DNA of 64,000 nt, from NCBI RefSeq assembly GCF_006345805.1, contig NC_043024.1:14756001-14820000 (forward strand), written 5' to 3'. This stretch comes from Octopus sinensis. Taxonomy: Eukaryota. Both the position numbers and the translations under genes were made by a program. This document shows positions 37,105-48,732 of the stretch, piece after piece (the stretch's first letter is position 1; each line of letters starts with the position of its first letter). The notes beneath the pieces are model-generated. The model was not told where the DNA came from and made no database searches. It saw nothing but the letters and a program-made list of their open reading frames with translations.

Positions 37105-37715
37105 TTAATCATCTTATTTCTTTATTGCCCACAAGGGGTTAAACATAGAGGGGACAAACAGGGACAGACAACGAGATTAAGTCGATTGCATCGACCCCAC
37201 TGCAAAACTGGTGCTTAATTTATCGACCCCGAAAGGATGAAAGGCAAAGTCAACCTTGGCAGAATTTGAACTCGGAACGTAATGGCAGATGAAATACCTA
37301 TTTCTTCACTACCCACAAGGGGCTAAACACAGAGAGGACAAACAGGGACAGACACACGGATTGAGTCGATTATATCAACCCCAGTGCGTAACTAGTCCTT
37401 AATTTATCGACCCCGAAATGATGAAAAGCAAAGTCGACCTCAGCAGAATTTGAACTCAGAACGTAGTGGCAGACGAAATACCTATTTCTTCACTACCCAC
37501 AAGGGGCTAAACACAGAGAGGACAAACAAGGACAGACACACGGATTAAGTCGATTATATCAACCCCAGTGCATAACTAGTCCTTAATTTATCGACCCCGA
37601 AATGATGAAAAGCGAAGTCGACTTCAGCAGAATTTGAACTCAGAACGTAGTGGCAGACGAAATGCCGTTAAGCATTTCGCCCAGCATGCTACCATTTCTG
37701 CTAGCTCGCTGCCTT
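37105..37715 (-). mobile_element. SINE family B with three tandem bodies
   Basis: Three repeats of the ~180-bp body. Confidence 0.85.
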
Positions 37716-37789
37716 AAGTGCTCATCTTGTGCCACCACTTCCACTCAGGCATTCATAAGTCACTCACCTTTCTTTTTCCTGTTGCCTAT

Positions 37790-37960
37790 TGCACCCCCTA
37801 CCTCTTCAGCATCTACATTAACCAAAGAGCTTAGTCCTTCCTTCTCAGAACATCAGCTCTCCCTAATTTTCTCTCAACACATGTTTTTACTGCAGCCATC
37901 GACTTACAACTGTTCAAGAGAAACGTTAACTGGATTGATCCCATCAATTCTAAAGGGCTT
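37790..37960 (+). mobile_element. CR1/L2-like LINE 3' fragment
   Basis: SFLLRTSAL...THVFTAAIDLQLFKRNVN. Confidence 0.5.
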
Positions 37961-38059
37961 GCAAAGACCATGGACATAACATCTTCCTCTAGATCAATCC
38001 AATGAAGGAAATCATCTGTGTTATATTTTTTTGTGAATTTCCTATAATTCATAGACTTA

Positions 38060-38900
38060 AAACATTACACTACTTACCCCATAGTCTGGCTGACCATTGG
38101 GCACCACTGATGACTTAGCGACCAGATCCCTCCACTCATCTTTGTCTTCTGCCTCTCACACTGTGTCTCTCATCTTCAGGCCTGTCCACTCACAGATGTT
38201 GTTTTCCCACCTCTTTCTCTGTCTGCCTCTGTGTCTGCTACCTTTGACTGTTCCCTGAAGGATTGTTTTGGCCATCCCTGATGAGCAGGTGACATGCCCA
38301 AACCACCTGAGCTTGCATTAGTGTCCATGTCTCACAGGTGTACAGGAATATTGAGATCATAAGAATATAAAGCGGCAAGCTGGCAGAAACATTAGCACTA
38401 CGGGCAAAATGCTTAGTGGTATTTCGTCTGCCATTACGTTCTGAGTTCAAATTCTGCTGAGGTCAACTTTGCCTTTCATCCTTTCGGGGTCGATAAATTA
38501 AGTACCAGTTACAGACTGGGGTCGATGTAATCGACTTAATCCCTTTGTTTGTCCCCTCTATGTTTAGCCCCTTGTAGACAATAAAGAAATAAGGAATATT
38601 GAGATCACGAGTGATCTCATTAGCCTAATTGTTTTAGCTCAGTATGATATTTCTGTCCTTCCACAATGTTCTGAATTTGGCCATTGCTGTTCTTGTTTTG
38701 GCAACACAGGATATCACTTCAGGCTTGGAACCTTGGTCACTCACTATGGCCCCAAGATATTTGAAGTTTTGAACTTGTTCAAGTTCAACTTCACTGACGC
38801 TTTTGCTGGTACTGATTACATTTGGGCAGCTTGTCATAAAATTTATCTTGGAAAATTTTACATTATAATATTGTTCAGTGTATCCTGTCTCAGTACTTTT
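38060..38900 (-). mobile_element. RTE (BovB-like) LINE 3' region interrupted by a SINE
   Basis: VQNFKYLGAIV...IFLYTCETWTL...WFGHV...MAKTILQGTV; SINE insertion flanked by a 16-bp duplication aggaatattgagatca. Confidence 0.8.
38371..38591 (+). mobile_element. SINE family B inside an RTE LINE
   Basis: Flanked by the aggaatattgagatca duplication. Confidence 0.85.
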
Positions 38901-38959
38901 TGCCTACCACACAACTAATCAGGTAAAGTTGATATCATATATATCAGACTGCCTGCTGA

Positions 38960-39388
38960 GCTAACCTTGGATTGTAGAGTGACCCACTGTTCTTGAGGAG
39001 ACCTATTGAGTCAAGTACGTCAACATCAAAATAAAAATCAAATGGAAATTGTAGTTATGATACCCATGCTGGCGGCATGTAAAAAGCAACATCCGAACGT
39101 GGCTGATGCCAGCACCACCTGACTGGCGTAAATGTCGGTGACACGTAAAAAGTACCAACCAATCGTGGCCGTTTGCCAGCCTCCTCTGGCTCCTGTGCCG
39201 GTGGCACGTAAAAAGCACCCACTACAGTCACGGAGTGGTTGGCGTTAGGAAAGGCATTCAGCTGTAGAAACACTGCCAGATCAGACTGGAGCCTGGTGCA
39301 GCCTCCTGGTTTCCCAGACCCCGGTCGAACTGTCCAACCCATGCTAGCATGGAAAATAGACATTAAACGATGATGATGATGATGATGT
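38960..39388 (+). mobile_element. RTE 3' UTR / (GAT)n tail copy (variant)
   Basis: ggcacgtaaaaagcacccactac...ccatgctagcatgg...(gat)n. Confidence 0.7.
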
Positions 39389-39556
39389 TGTTATATCATC
39401 CAAGCTAGCAATTTGTTATGTACAATCCAGCTGTCTTCCATCTTATTCTGTCACGCATTCATCTCTTTTCTCTTTCTCTTTACTCTTTCGAGTAACTCCA
39501 TCATTTTTGCATTGAATCTTCTGTTTATATTAATAACCTAAATTTTCTTCGACCAG

Positions 39557-39715
39557 GATGTGTATACAGCGTGTGGAGTGCATGGGGAGACTGTTCCAAA
39601 ACCTGTGATAATGGTCACCGTTCACGGGGAAGGCAAAGGACTGTGGGAAAAGGCACTGAACTATGTGATAAACCACTAACAGAGACTCAAGACTGCTCCA
39701 CAACACCATGCTATG
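39557..39715 (+). CDS. TSP1 exon: (G)CVYSVWSAWGDCSKTCDNGHRSRGRQRTVGKGTELCDKPLTETQDCSTTPCY
   Basis: Acceptor ttcttcgaccag, donor G|gtaaaa; 159 nt; phase 1-1; W/C/R TSP1 pattern; not in ORF track. Confidence 0.9.
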
Positions 39716-40776
39716 GTAAAATAATTTCCTTCATTATTCAATTTCCTTAATTTATTCAATCGAGCTGATTAGCAGTAAAGTTATTTGGGTAATGCATTTA
39801 CTCTTTTGTGACTTAATTAACCTGATTTCGAATAAATGTTCCTGTATCTGATCCTTTGTTTAATGAGAGATGGTGTAAGGCTTCAAGTTTATGCTGTCTC
39901 ATAGACAAACATTTGAGGGATTTCTGCTCAACTCACAATAAACAACAAACCATATAAACAGAAATTTTCTTATCAAATTAAACATGCATACATGTATACT
40001 CTTACTTGTTTCAGTCATTTGACTGTAGCCATGCTGGAGCACCACCTTTAATCGAGAAAATTGACCCCAGGACTTATTCTTTGTAAGCCTAGTACTTATT
40101 CTATCAGTCTCTTTTGCCGAACCGCTAAGTTATGGTGACATAAACACACCAGCATCGGTTGTCAAGCAATGTTGTGGGGACAAACATAAACACATAAACA
40201 GTATTCCTATATTTTTCAAATTTTAATTCTTTATAATCAAATAAGAAGAAATATACAATACTAGCTTTCAATTTAACATTCATTGATGACTAAAAAAATT
40301 TCACTGCAAACTTGAAATTGGAATTTTTTTCTAAAATTAATCTAGTTTTAAAATTAATAAGGCTTTCCCCCAGTTAAAAAATACTATGCCTACTCATTAG
40401 TGATAGGTTTTTTTTCCCGCTTATTTTCTCTAAACTACACTCTCTGTGAATGGGATTAGGACCATTTGACATTGACCTAGTTTCTCTCACCAAATAGCAG
40501 TAATTGGCATTTAGTAGTGGCAATTGCTGTCTTCAACATGAATTCCTTTTATGGAGTTCTGAAACCTCCTTTACCCCATTTCTACAATTAAAAAATCTTT
40601 ATTGCTTCTAACCTTACAGCAGTTAGGAACCACCATATCTTAGTCAGTCAGTGGAAGGACTTCACTACCTCAAATGTTCTTAAAATTTAAATCCACACCT
40701 TTGTCTGTATATCTACCTTCTCTATAATGTTGCCACTTGATTTGAAAATTTTTGTATTAATGGAAAACCTCTATAA

Positions 40777-40862
40777 TTGGCTGATGAGTACCCAGCATCT
40801 TAAATCTGCTGTAATACTTACAACATTTAATAAAATGATGTAGTACGAAACGATCGTACCAA
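40777..40862 (+). ncRNA. Type I hammerhead motif, canonical CUGAUGA core, extended stem II, GUA site
   Basis: TTGG CTGATGA GTAC [51-nt insert with two hairpins] GTAC GAA ACGATCGT A CCAA. Confidence 0.75.
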
Positions 40863-40902
40863 ATTACCGGAGCCATTCTTGTTGCTTATTTTGATTATAA
40901 TA

Positions 40903-40934
<32 letters not shown>

Positions 40935-40935
40935 G

Positions 40936-41011
<76 letters not shown>

Positions 41012-41019
41012 CACATATA

Positions 41020-41059
<40 letters not shown>

Positions 41060-41161
41060 CACATATATATGTATATATATATATATATAATATATATATA
41101 TACATACATATATATATATATAGATATATATATATATATATATTAATATATATATATACAT

Positions 41162-41203
<42 letters not shown>

Positions 41204-41264
41204 TACATACACATATATATATGTATATATAATATATATATTATATATATATCTATATATATAA

Positions 41265-41297
<33 letters not shown>

Positions 41298-41330
41298 ATC
41301 AAAATAAGCAACAAGAATGGGTCTGGTAAT

Positions 41331-41416
41331 TTGGTACGATCGTTTCGTACTACATCATTTTATTAAATGTTGTAAGTATTGCAGCAGATTTAAGATGCTG
41401 GGTACTCATCAGCCAA
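41331..41416 (-). ncRNA. Inverted copy of the canonical hammerhead motif
   Basis: Reverse complement of 40777-40862; core and stems intact. Confidence 0.75.
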
Positions 41417-41470
41417 TTATAGAGGTTTTCCATTAATACAAAAATTTTCAAATCAAGTGGCAACATTATA

Positions 41471-41602
41471 CGTATATATGTATATATACATATATACATA
41501 TATATATATATATTACATATATATATAATATATATATATATGATATATATATATATACTATATATATATATATATAATATATATACATATATATATTATA
41601 CA

Positions 41603-41633
<31 letters not shown>

Positions 41634-41683
41634 TATATATATGTATATATAATATATATATATATGTATATATATATAATATG

Positions 41684-41715
<32 letters not shown>

Positions 41716-41739
41716 ATATATGTATATATATATAATATG

Positions 41740-41774
<35 letters not shown>

Positions 41775-41783
41775 GTGTATATA

Positions 41784-41823
<40 letters not shown>

Positions 41824-41920
41824 ATATATATATTTGTATATATATGTATATATATATATATACATACATATATATATACACACATATATATATACACACA
41901 CATATATATATAATATATAG

Positions 41921-41953
<33 letters not shown>

Positions 41954-41985
41954 TATGTATATATATACACACACATATATATGAA
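41471..41985. repeat. Long degenerate (TA)n microsatellite
   Basis: Direct reading; many shorter (TA)n, (CA)n and (ACAT)n tracts occur elsewhere, e.g. 2490-2575, 27352-27560, 51757-51814. Confidence 0.97.
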
Positions 41986-42164
41986 CAGAAACACCTTATT
42001 ATGGACAAGAATATGAATGATATGGCATATATAAATAGTTCTAACAACTTTGAAGATTCCCTTGCTAATGTAGAAGACAACCAGCTCTAGCATCGCACAC
42101 ATGCATGGAAGTGCGAACATAATTCTATACACACACAAACACAAAGACTTGCTTTCTTTTCCAG

Positions 42165-42356
42165 GTCCACCAACATTTAATCCCTGGCAAGGCTGGTCTG
42201 CTTGTTCCTCGTTCAACAACTGTACGGCAGGACTGAAACAACGAGAGCGTTCGTGCAAGACCAATGTGAAGAAACCGGAGAAGTTTTGCAAAGGCCACAA
42301 GATTGAATTTCAGTCGTGTATGCCCGAGAATTACGATGAAGATGTTTGCAGAGATT
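42165..42356 (+). CDS. TSP1 exon: (G)[30 protein letters not shown]...EDVCRD
   Basis: Acceptor ctttcttttccag. Donor T|gtcagt chosen because it keeps phase 1 and all cysteines; the 3' end is less certain. Confidence 0.8.
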
Positions 42357-42394
42357 GTCAGTTGACCTTTTGAATTTCTATTGCCAAAGAAAAA

Positions 42395-42685
42395 ATGGTG
42401 TTGTTATTGTTGTTGTTGCTGTTGTTGTTGTTGCTGCTGTTGTTGCTGTTGTTGTTGTTGTTGTTGTTGCTGCTGCTGCTGCTGTTGTTGCTGTTGTTGT
42501 TGTTGTTGTTGTTGATATTGTTGTTGTTGTTGCTGCTGCTGTTGTTGTTGTTGTTGTTGTTGATATTGTTGCTGTTGTTGTTGTTGTTGTTGCTGTTGTT
42601 GTTGTTGCTGTTGTTGTTGTTGCTGCTGCTGCTGCTGCTGTTGTTGTTGTTGTTGTTGTTTATCCTGCTGTCATTATTGTTGTTT
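42395..42685. repeat. (GTT)n/(GCT)n trinucleotide microsatellite
   Basis: Direct reading; starts ~40 nt after the exon ending at 42356. Confidence 0.97.
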
Positions 42686-43336
42686 AGTCCTGGACTATCT
42701 CCATTGAGAAAGTCCATAGTCAAAAGTGTTCCAGACATGACCACACCGTCTTCTCTTCAAGCATCATATGTGTTTAATATGACATCATCCCAAATACTCT
42801 TAGCCTTCACCGTTTCTTAAGACAGTTAGCTGTGATTTTAGAAAAATTTAGCTGTTGTTTCTGACAGCTCAACAAGCTATCCTTGTTGGTTCATATTATG
42901 AGATAAGACATGGCATTAAATCATTGCTGTTGGTACCTTTTGGTAGTGATCAGGAAGTTTGGGGAGGTTTCTTTACTGAACACACTTCAGTCTAACAAGC
43001 TATTTGAGCTGTTCCTTCCAGCTATAAACGGCTGCTCTAGCAGTTTAGTAAATTATCCGAATCCTCCAAACTACCGCCTAAATTTGGTCACCCTCTCTTT
43101 TTACTCTTTTACTTGTTTCAGTCATTTGACTGTGGCCATGCTGGAGCACCGCCTTTAGTACTGGTACTTAATTTATCGACCCCAAAAAGATGAAAGGCAA
43201 AGTCAACCTCAATGGAATTTGAACTCAAAACGTAATGGCAGACAAAATACCGCTAAGCATTTCGCCCAGCGTGCTAACGTTTCTGCCAGCTCACCACCGT
43301 CTCAAATTGTTCCGGCTTTACACAACTACATTCTAC

Positions 43337-43404
<68 letters not shown>

Positions 43405-43407
<3 letters not shown>

Positions 43408-43707
43408 GAAGCGCAATGGCCCAGTGGTTAGGGCAGCGGACTCGCGGTCGTAGGATTGTAGTTTCGATTCCCAGACCGGGCGTTGTGAGTGTTTATTGAG
43501 CAAAATCACCTAAACCTCCACGAGGCTTAGGCAGTGGGTGGTGGCGATCCCTGCTGTACTCTTTCGCCACAACTTTCTCTCACTCTTTCTTCTGTTGGCC
43601 TGCTTACTTAGCCAGCAGAGTGGCGTCATTTCAAGGCTAAAAAACAATGTGAAGCGCATTGTGACCAGCGATGTGTAGCAACATCTGATAGCCTGGTCGG
43701 TCACATG

Positions 43708-43712
<5 letters not shown>
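43405..43712 (+). mobile_element. SINE family C, tail type 2
   Basis: Tail ...gcattgtgaccagcgatgtgtagcaacatctgatag...; sits in a (TA/CA)n tract. Confidence 0.8.
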
Positions 43713-43742
<30 letters not shown>

Positions 43743-43890
43743 TATATATAGTATGGTTATTATATTATGTGTATATCCTATACTGTAGTATCATGTAATA
43801 ACTCTAACTGGTTGTTGATAAAATTACTTCTCAATTTTTTTCCCCTACCTACCTATCTATCTATCTTTCTATCCATCTCTCTTCTTGCAG

Positions 43891-44143
43891 ATAAAGAATG
43901 TGTCCATCCTTTCATTTGGGTCAAATGCGCTACACGATGTGAACAAACCTGCATGTCTTACCAACTGAGGAATAAGTCCTGCAGTGATACAGATGCCTGT
44001 CTGCCAGGATGCAGCTGTCCCGAGGACCATGTTCTTTATTTTGGCTCTTGTGTTAAAATTTCACAATGTCCTTGTTACGATTCAGAAGGAAAAGTTGTCC
44101 TGAATAATTTTGAAACTACATATTCCCCAAACTGTCAGAAATG
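43891..44143 (+). CDS. TIL domain exon plus start of a VWC/TILa-like module
   Basis: Acceptor ctcttcttgcag, donor TG|gtatgg; KECVHPF...CATRCEQTC...CLPGCSCPEDHVL...CVKISQCPC; 253 nt; phase 1-2. Confidence 0.9.
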
Positions 44144-44287
44144 GTATGGAATGGTTATTATTGCTATATTTATTAAATAAAATTGTTTCTATGTCATGAA
44201 CTTTTTCATTGAATGTATTTATTTGCCAATCTTCCAAGTCTGCTATTCAAAAAGCCAGTACAAAAAAACTCTTGTATATCCATTTAA

Positions 44288-44508
44288 CCCTTTAGTGTTC
44301 GCATTATTCTGCCAAAATTAATCCTTTTTCATCCACATTGCCTTGAACTAATCATGCATTATCTTGTAGCTATGAGATTTTGATGAGGTAGCTGTTAATT
44401 TTTAAAATGATATTGTAGGGTTGGTGTGAGAGACCAGATCTGGCCAGTTTGGACATAAAACAGGCAGAATACTTTTGGCCGGATATGGCCGGTTTAAATG
44501 CTAAAGGG
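44288..44508. mobile_element. Second piggyBac-like MITE family (221 bp)
   Basis: TTAA|CCCTTTAG...CTAAAGGG|TTAA; partial copy at ~58225-58412. Confidence 0.75.
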
Positions 44509-44554
44509 TTAACCTGCTCATGATAATATCTAAATGTGGAGGCACATGGCCTAT

Positions 44555-44822
44555 CACAGTCAAGGGATCGTGGGTTCGAATCTCAGACCGAACAATGTGT
44601 GTGTTTATGAGCGAAACGCCTAAGCTCCACGCGGCTCTGGCAGAAGGTAATGGCAAACTTCTGCTGACTCTTTTGCCACAACTTTCTCTCACTCTTTCCT
44701 CCTGCATCTTGCAGCTCACCTGTGATAGACCGGTGTCATGTCCAGGTGGGGAACCTATATGCCAAGAAACTGGGAAACCGGCCCTTATGAGCCAGGCATG
44801 ACTCAAGAAGGAACAAACAACA
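44555..44822 (+). mobile_element. SINE family C-related, tail type 3
   Basis: Tail ...gaaaccggcccttatgagcc...gaacaaacaacaac. Confidence 0.75.
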
Positions 44823-44874
44823 ACAATATCTAAATTGTCTTTATCATAAATCTAACAATTTTTAATACAGTTGT

Positions 44875-45266
44875 GGATGGATGGAAGCACTCCGTCGGTT
44901 AAGACGAGGAGGGTTCCGGTTGATCCGAATCAACGGAACAGCCTGCTCATGAAATTAACATGTAAGTGGCTGAGCACTCCACAGACACGTGCACCCTTAA
45001 CGTAGTTCTCGGGGATATTCAGCGTGACACAGAGAGTGACAAGGCCGGCCCCTTGAAATACAGGTACAACAGAAACAGGAAGTAAGAGTGCGAGAAAGTT
45101 GTGGTGAAAGAGTACAGCAGGGATCACCACCATCCCCTGCCGGAGCCTCGTGGAGCTTTAGGTGTTTTCGCTCAATAAACACTCACAACGCCCGGTCTGG
45201 GAATTGAAACCGCGATCCTATGACCGTGAGTCCGCTGCCCTAACCACTGGGCCATTGCGCCTCCAC
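44875..45266 (-). mobile_element. SINE family C, tail type 1
   Basis: 12-bp TSD taatacagttgt. Confidence 0.88.
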
Positions 45267-45824
45267 TAATACAGTTGTAGTGGTTATGTGTGTGTATCAG
45301 GTGAACAGATGCAAAAGGAATGTGTATGTCTTTGAAGTAAACAAATGAGTGAATCGATTCATAGTTAAAAATAATTTATTCACCGGACTTAATTTGTCGT
45401 TGATACACATAATTACATGCAAAATGTTGACAACTGCTACGAGTTGCTAGAAATAGAAACAGGGTACATCTGTGGAAGTGATGTGTCAAAACTCAATCTT
45501 TGTGTGTGTGTGCGTAGTTTATCTGAGATCAGTAGTCTACTGTGGAACTTGGAACATTTCTTTTGGGTCTCTACGGTCATCCAAAACTTGTCGTCATAGA
45601 CCTTTCTCGTTTGCCTGCTAGGCCTTTCTCATCTCCCTGTCTGTCTGTTGACCACCGTATTTATAGTAACTGTGGCAGCTAGAAGGACAGACATACTGCA
45701 GCAGATTTTGTATCTAAGTAGGTCAGCTCCTGTCCATTTGAACTTCGTCTGACATGGCTGAGGTCGTAGGTCAAAGGCAAATGATCAATCACTTTTTGAC
45801 AGGACAAAGAAAACCTTTTTAGTA

Positions 45825-46680
45825 TAATCCAATGGATGTGTAATGTCAGTGTGCATACACCATAGAGTGTAAGTTCCTTGAGAGAAAAGTTAGACCTAAG
45901 AAGCATCTGATGTAGTGTGCAAGAGAGACAACTGCACTGGTATGGTCATATGGCGATAATTGATGAGGATAGCTGTGTGAAAAAGTGCCACACCCTAGCG
46001 GTTGAGGGAACCTGTGGAAGAGGTAGACCCAGGAAGACCTGGGATGAAGTGGTGAAGCACAACCTTCGAACATTAGGCCTCACTGAGGCAATGATTAGTG
46101 ACTGAGACCTTTGAAAATATGCAGTGTGTGTGAGAAGACCCAGCAAGCCAAGTGAGACCATAAGCTGTGGCCTTAGCCAGGGGTGTAACCAGCTCACTTA
46201 TGCGTACCTTCCCTTCATTGGACACTGCTTGCGAAGACCTTTTGAGGCAAGTGAAATCGAAATCAAATTCAGTGACTGGCGTCTGTGCTAGTGGAGCACT
46301 AAGAGCACCATCCAAGCGTGATTGTTGCCATAGTGGCTAATTGGCATTCATGCCGGTGGCACGTAAAAAGCACCATTCGAGCGTGATCATTACCAGTGTC
46401 GCCTTACTGGCACTTGTACCAGTGTGCAAGTGACACGTAAAAAAAAACATGATTTTTTCGTGGCTGTTGCCAGTACCACCTGACTGGCCCTTGTACCGGT
46501 GGCACGTAAAAGCACCCACTACAATCTCAGAGTGGTTGGTGTTAGGAAGGGCATCCAGCAGTAGAAAACCAAGCCAGATCAAGATTAGAGCCTGGTGCAG
46601 CCATCTGGTTCGCCAGTCCTCAGTCAAATCGTCCAACCCATGCTAGCATGGAAAGCGGACGTTAAACAATGATGATGATG
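45825..46680 (+). mobile_element. RTE LINE 3' end: ORF2 C-terminus, 3' UTR and (GAT)n tail
   Basis: VQERQLHWYGHM...GRGRPRKTWDEVV, then 3' UTR ending ggacgttaaac(gat)n. Confidence 0.88.
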
Positions 46681-46703
46681 ACATATACACCCATATATAT
46701 ATA

Positions 46704-47993
46704 CGAGGGGCGTTCAATAAGTAATGCCTCTGACCCACTTGCAGTTGTTTGATCTAGCTGAAATTTTACATGTGCAATTATTTATATCTCTATAGATTAA
46801 GTGGCAAATTACAGCTCTGAACGAATTGTGGTTTCCGATTTACAGGTGTTTGAACTGAGTCAAGTGTGAAATGGAGCATGTTGCGTGTCGAGCAGTGATC
46901 CGGTTTTTGTATTTGAAAGGACGCACACCACGGGAGACTTTTGATGAAATGAAAGTAACTTATGGTGATGATGCCCCATCATATGACCTTGTAAAACGCT
47001 GGCATCGTGAATTCAAACATGGTCGGAACTCTGTGGAAACAGCTCCCAGATCTGGTCGCCCCCTTCTGCCATTGATGAGGCATCTGTCCGTCAAGTTGAG
47101 GCTGCCATTTTGGAAGATCGACGCATAACTATTCGCCAAATAGCCCATGAGGTCAAGATTAGTACCGGGTCTGTGGAAACTATCATTCATGACCATTTGC
47201 ATATGCAAAAGGTGTCTGTCAGATGGATTCCCAGGTTGCTCACACCTTTCCAGAAGCAAGAACGCGTCGAGTGCTCGAGGATGAATTTGGAGATGTGCCA
47301 AGAAGATGAGTCAAAATTTTTCAAAAGACTGATTGCATAGGATAAAACCTGGGTCCATCACTATGATCCAGAGACCAAAGCCCAGTCAATGCAGTGGAAG
47401 CACCGTGACTCACCTCCTCCAAAGAAGACAAGGGTGCAGCCCTCCGCTGGCAAGGTCATGCTTACAGTCTTCTGGGACCAGGACGGAGTAGTGATGACAG
47501 ATTTCCTGGCAAAGGGTACCACAATTACAGGAGCCTATTATGCTTCACTTTTGAGGAAATTAAGAGAAGCTATCAAAATCAAGAGGCGAGGCAAGATCAG
47601 CAAAGCATCCTCCTCCTGCAGGACAACGCTCCAGTCCACAACTCGCGTGTCACCAGATCAGAAGCACAGGCGTGCGGCTATGAACTCATCCCCATCCCCC
47701 CTACTCTCCTGACCTTGCACCCTCTGATTTTCACCTCTTCCCAGCCATGAAGTTGTTTTTGAAAGGAAAGCATTTCCCAGATGATGCAGCCTTGATTTCT
47801 GAAGTCACGTCGTGGTTGGAGGACCAAGCTGGGGTCTTCTACAAAAACGGTCTTCAAAGCTGCATCAAACGATGGGAGAAATGCGTAACTCTGGGTGGTT
47901 CCTATGTAGAAAAAGACTAATAACTGTTCCAAGTTTCGTTGCTCTACTGCTATGGGAAGTGGGTCAGGGGCATTACTTATTGAACGCCCCTCG
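46704..47993 (+). mobile_element. Full-length mariner transposon (1290 bp, irritans-like)
   Basis: Near-perfect TIRs cgaggggcgttcaataagtaatgcc; TA TSD; WIPRLL and YSPDLAPSD motifs. Confidence 0.95.
46871..47920 (+). pseudogene. Mariner DD34D transposase pseudogene
   Basis: One stop (47338-47340) and three apparent 1-bp deletions (~47060, ~47605, ~47692). Confidence 0.92.
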
Positions 47994-48478
47994 TATATAT
48001 ACACATACATATACATATATATGACAGGCTTCTTTCAGTTTCCGTCTACCATATCCACTCACAAGGCTTTGGTATACCTGAGGCTAAAGTAGAAGACACT
48101 TGCCCAAGGTGCCATGCAGTGGGAATGAACCTGGAACCATGTGGTTGGTAAGCAAGCAACTTACCACACAGCCACTCCTGCGCCTACATGTCAATATTTA
48201 TCATGAATGTACATGTGTCTGGGCCATAAGTGTTTAGTGTGGTGTTCTTTTCTTCTCAGGAAAATTAAATAAAGTTATAAAGAATGCAAATGAATCTTTC
48301 CTCTCATCTGTTACTATATTAACTAACTGTTGTTTCTAGCACTTCAGGTTTCTCAATTCAGCCTCCTTGTTCAAAATGAATCACTATAACAAATTCATAT
48401 TTGCAGCGTGGAAGGTGTTTATAAGCCATTTAAGAAACACACAAAACTGTTAGATTCACTTCAACATTTAAATTTAAT

Positions 48479-48527
48479 TTGTCAAAATATTTTCGTCGCT
48501 TTGAGACCGCGACCTGTTCACTGACAA
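48479..48527 (-). ncRNA. Type I hammerhead motif, G3-C8 variant
   Basis: Same motif as 26772-26822; 6-bp stem I. Confidence 0.68.
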
Positions 48528-48550
48528 TGCTTCTTGCTGCATCTCAAAGT

Positions 48551-48601
48551 TTTGTCAGTGAACAGGTCGCGGTCTCAAAGCAATGAAAATATTTTCACAA
48601 A
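48551..48601 (+). ncRNA. Degenerate G3-C8 hammerhead motif
   Basis: Core GTGAACA and GAAA intact; stem II 3' arm gcaat and stem I 3' arm tcacaaa carry mismatches. Confidence 0.5.
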
Positions 48602-48732
48602 TTAAATTTAAATGTTGAAGTGAATCTAACGGCTTTTGTGTGTTTCTTAAATGGCTTATAAACACCTTCCATGCTGCAATTGTTATATATATATATATAT
48701 ATATAGATATATATATATATGCATCACAAAGT

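Larger units (their letters stand above)
40723..41470. mobile_element. Inverted pair of ~180-bp HHR-containing units around a (TA)n-rich spacer
   Basis: Arms 40723-~40900 and ~41290-41470 are reverse complements with about 3 differences. Confidence 0.65.

Noticed and set aside
38277-38315. CTGATGAGCA...TGC motif
   Set aside because: Antisense of RTE coding sequence; lacks GAAA.
40827-42080. Long poly-(YI) ORFs in the ORF track
   Set aside because: Translations of (TA)n microsatellites.
42318-42323. Alternative donor gtatgc for the TSP1 exon
   Set aside because: It is phase-compatible but would remove the last TSP1 cysteines.
42346-42820. Poly-Val, poly-Asn and poly-Leu ORFs
   Set aside because: Translations of the (GTT/GCT)n tract; no splice support.
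45540-45610. Hammerhead-like remnant (ctgtgga...ccaaaacttgtc)
   Set aside because: Needs several core changes and stem I does not abut the site; compatible with chance.
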